A DNA stretch of 64,000 nucleotides from Sarea resinae. Taxonomy: Eukaryota. The translations under genes and the position numbers were made by a program. The notes under the pieces are model-generated. The model searched no databases. It was not told where the DNA came from and was given only the letters and a program-made list of their open reading frames with translations. The stretch lies in assembly GCA_026026165.1 (NCBI GenBank), contig JAPEUD010000069.1, positions 1 to 64,000 on the forward strand, given 5' to 3'. Below, in pieces: positions 63,144 to 64,000 of this stretch (positions are counted from its first letter, which is position 1; each line of letters starts with the position of its first letter).

Positions 63144-63747
63144 TCAGTCGCCCATCTCCATGCCGCCGTCCCCTCCGTGACCCATGCCATCCCTGCGATC
63201 TGCATCGCCCGCGGCATGCGTGCCGGGGTCGAGATGCAACATGGCAGCCTGAGCGGCGTGCGCAGCTGCGCGCGTGGCGGCGAATGCCATGGTCTCGGTG
63301 TCGTCTTCGCCGTCATCATTTACGACATGCACGTCTTCGTCGTCGTCTTCATCGGTGGTGGGTGTGTGATGCTGATGCTGACTGTGGTGTTGGGCGGTGG
63401 GATGCTGGGCTACGGGGTCTGCGGTGTCTGGGTCCAAGTCGCCCGGGGCATCCACGTCGATGTCGAGGGACATAGAGAGGGGAAGGGGGAGGTCGGCGTT
63501 CGTGTCTGCATCTGTATCTGTGCGTTGTGACTGGGGTTGCGGGTGGCGGGGAAGGAGATGGGGTTGTTGTTGTTGTTGTTGTTGTTGTTGCTGTTGTAAA
63601 TGAGGATGACGGAGGAGCTGACTGTTGATATTCGTATTGTTTGTACCGGTACTGTTCGTATTGCTGTTGTTGGGGCGGCGGGGTTGCTTATAAGGCTGCG
63701 AAGGGAGCGTCTGCGGCTGCGAGGGTAGGATCTGTTGTGGTTGTGGA

Positions 63748-63779
<32 letters not shown>

Positions 63780-64000
63780 GGATTGACTATGGCTATGGGA
63801 TTGTGGTGGTGGTGGCGGCGCTTGTGGATAGGGTTGTGATTGCTGCAGTTGAGCCTGTGCGGATGCTGCCGATTGATAGTTTGTCAGGTGGTGTTGGACG
63901 TCTTCCATAATTTGCGGGTCGAGCGGCATGTCGGTGTAGTCGGATAGGGATTGCATATTTGCGATGGGCGCGTGATGATGTTGTTGTTGCTGTTGTTGAT
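63144..64000 (-). CDS. 3' part of a Gln/His/Pro-rich protein, truncated at the window edge
   Basis: The frame stays open upstream of the ATG at 63956 to the window end (..QQQHHHAPIANMQSL..). It contains polyQ tracts and an acidic/Ala-rich C-terminal segment (AFAATRAAAHAAQAAM). Confidence 0.6.

Noticed and set aside
1..64000. tRNA, rRNA, snoRNA, CRISPR arrays, transposase or reverse transcriptase genes, a secondary-metabolite cluster, and TGA-CTA readthrough PTS1 signals
   Set aside because: None recognisable by eye. tRNAscan-SE, Infernal and RepeatModeler would be needed to exclude small ncRNAs or decayed elements.

Overview
Gene-dense, intron-rich genomic DNA of a filamentous ascomycete (Pezizomycotina-type GT..CTRAC..YAG introns, mostly 50-140 nt). 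About 20 protein-coding genes can be reconstructed by hand, mostly housekeeping: an FHA-domain Pml1/SNIP1 protein, a LEA-like protein, an enoyl-CoA hydratase, RNase T2, arginase, GatB/Pet112, Mrx7, a tyrosine phosphatase, a VanZ-like membrane protein, Spt7, a type II NADH dehydrogenase, Cox20 and Pol2. There are also a DUF6594 protein, a probable Rsc58-like protein and several low-complexity orphans. The most interesting locus is an 8-exon SesB-like alpha/beta-hydrolase + NB-ARC (fungal NLR-like) gene at 11319-16358. Its one unusually long intron carries its own in-frame C-terminal tail and stop codon, so the locus appears able to encode either a free 371-aa hydrolase or a roughly 1490-aa hydrolase-NB-ARC protein with no repeat sensor domain. 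Also notable are an orphan coiled-coil gene with tandemly duplicated 45-nt exons and CDK-site repeats, and three TpA-rich, RIP-like spacers between convergent genes whose neighbouring coding sequence becomes very GC-rich. No rRNA, tRNA, CRISPR array or intact transposon was recognised. All exon structures are manual inferences and no database search was run.
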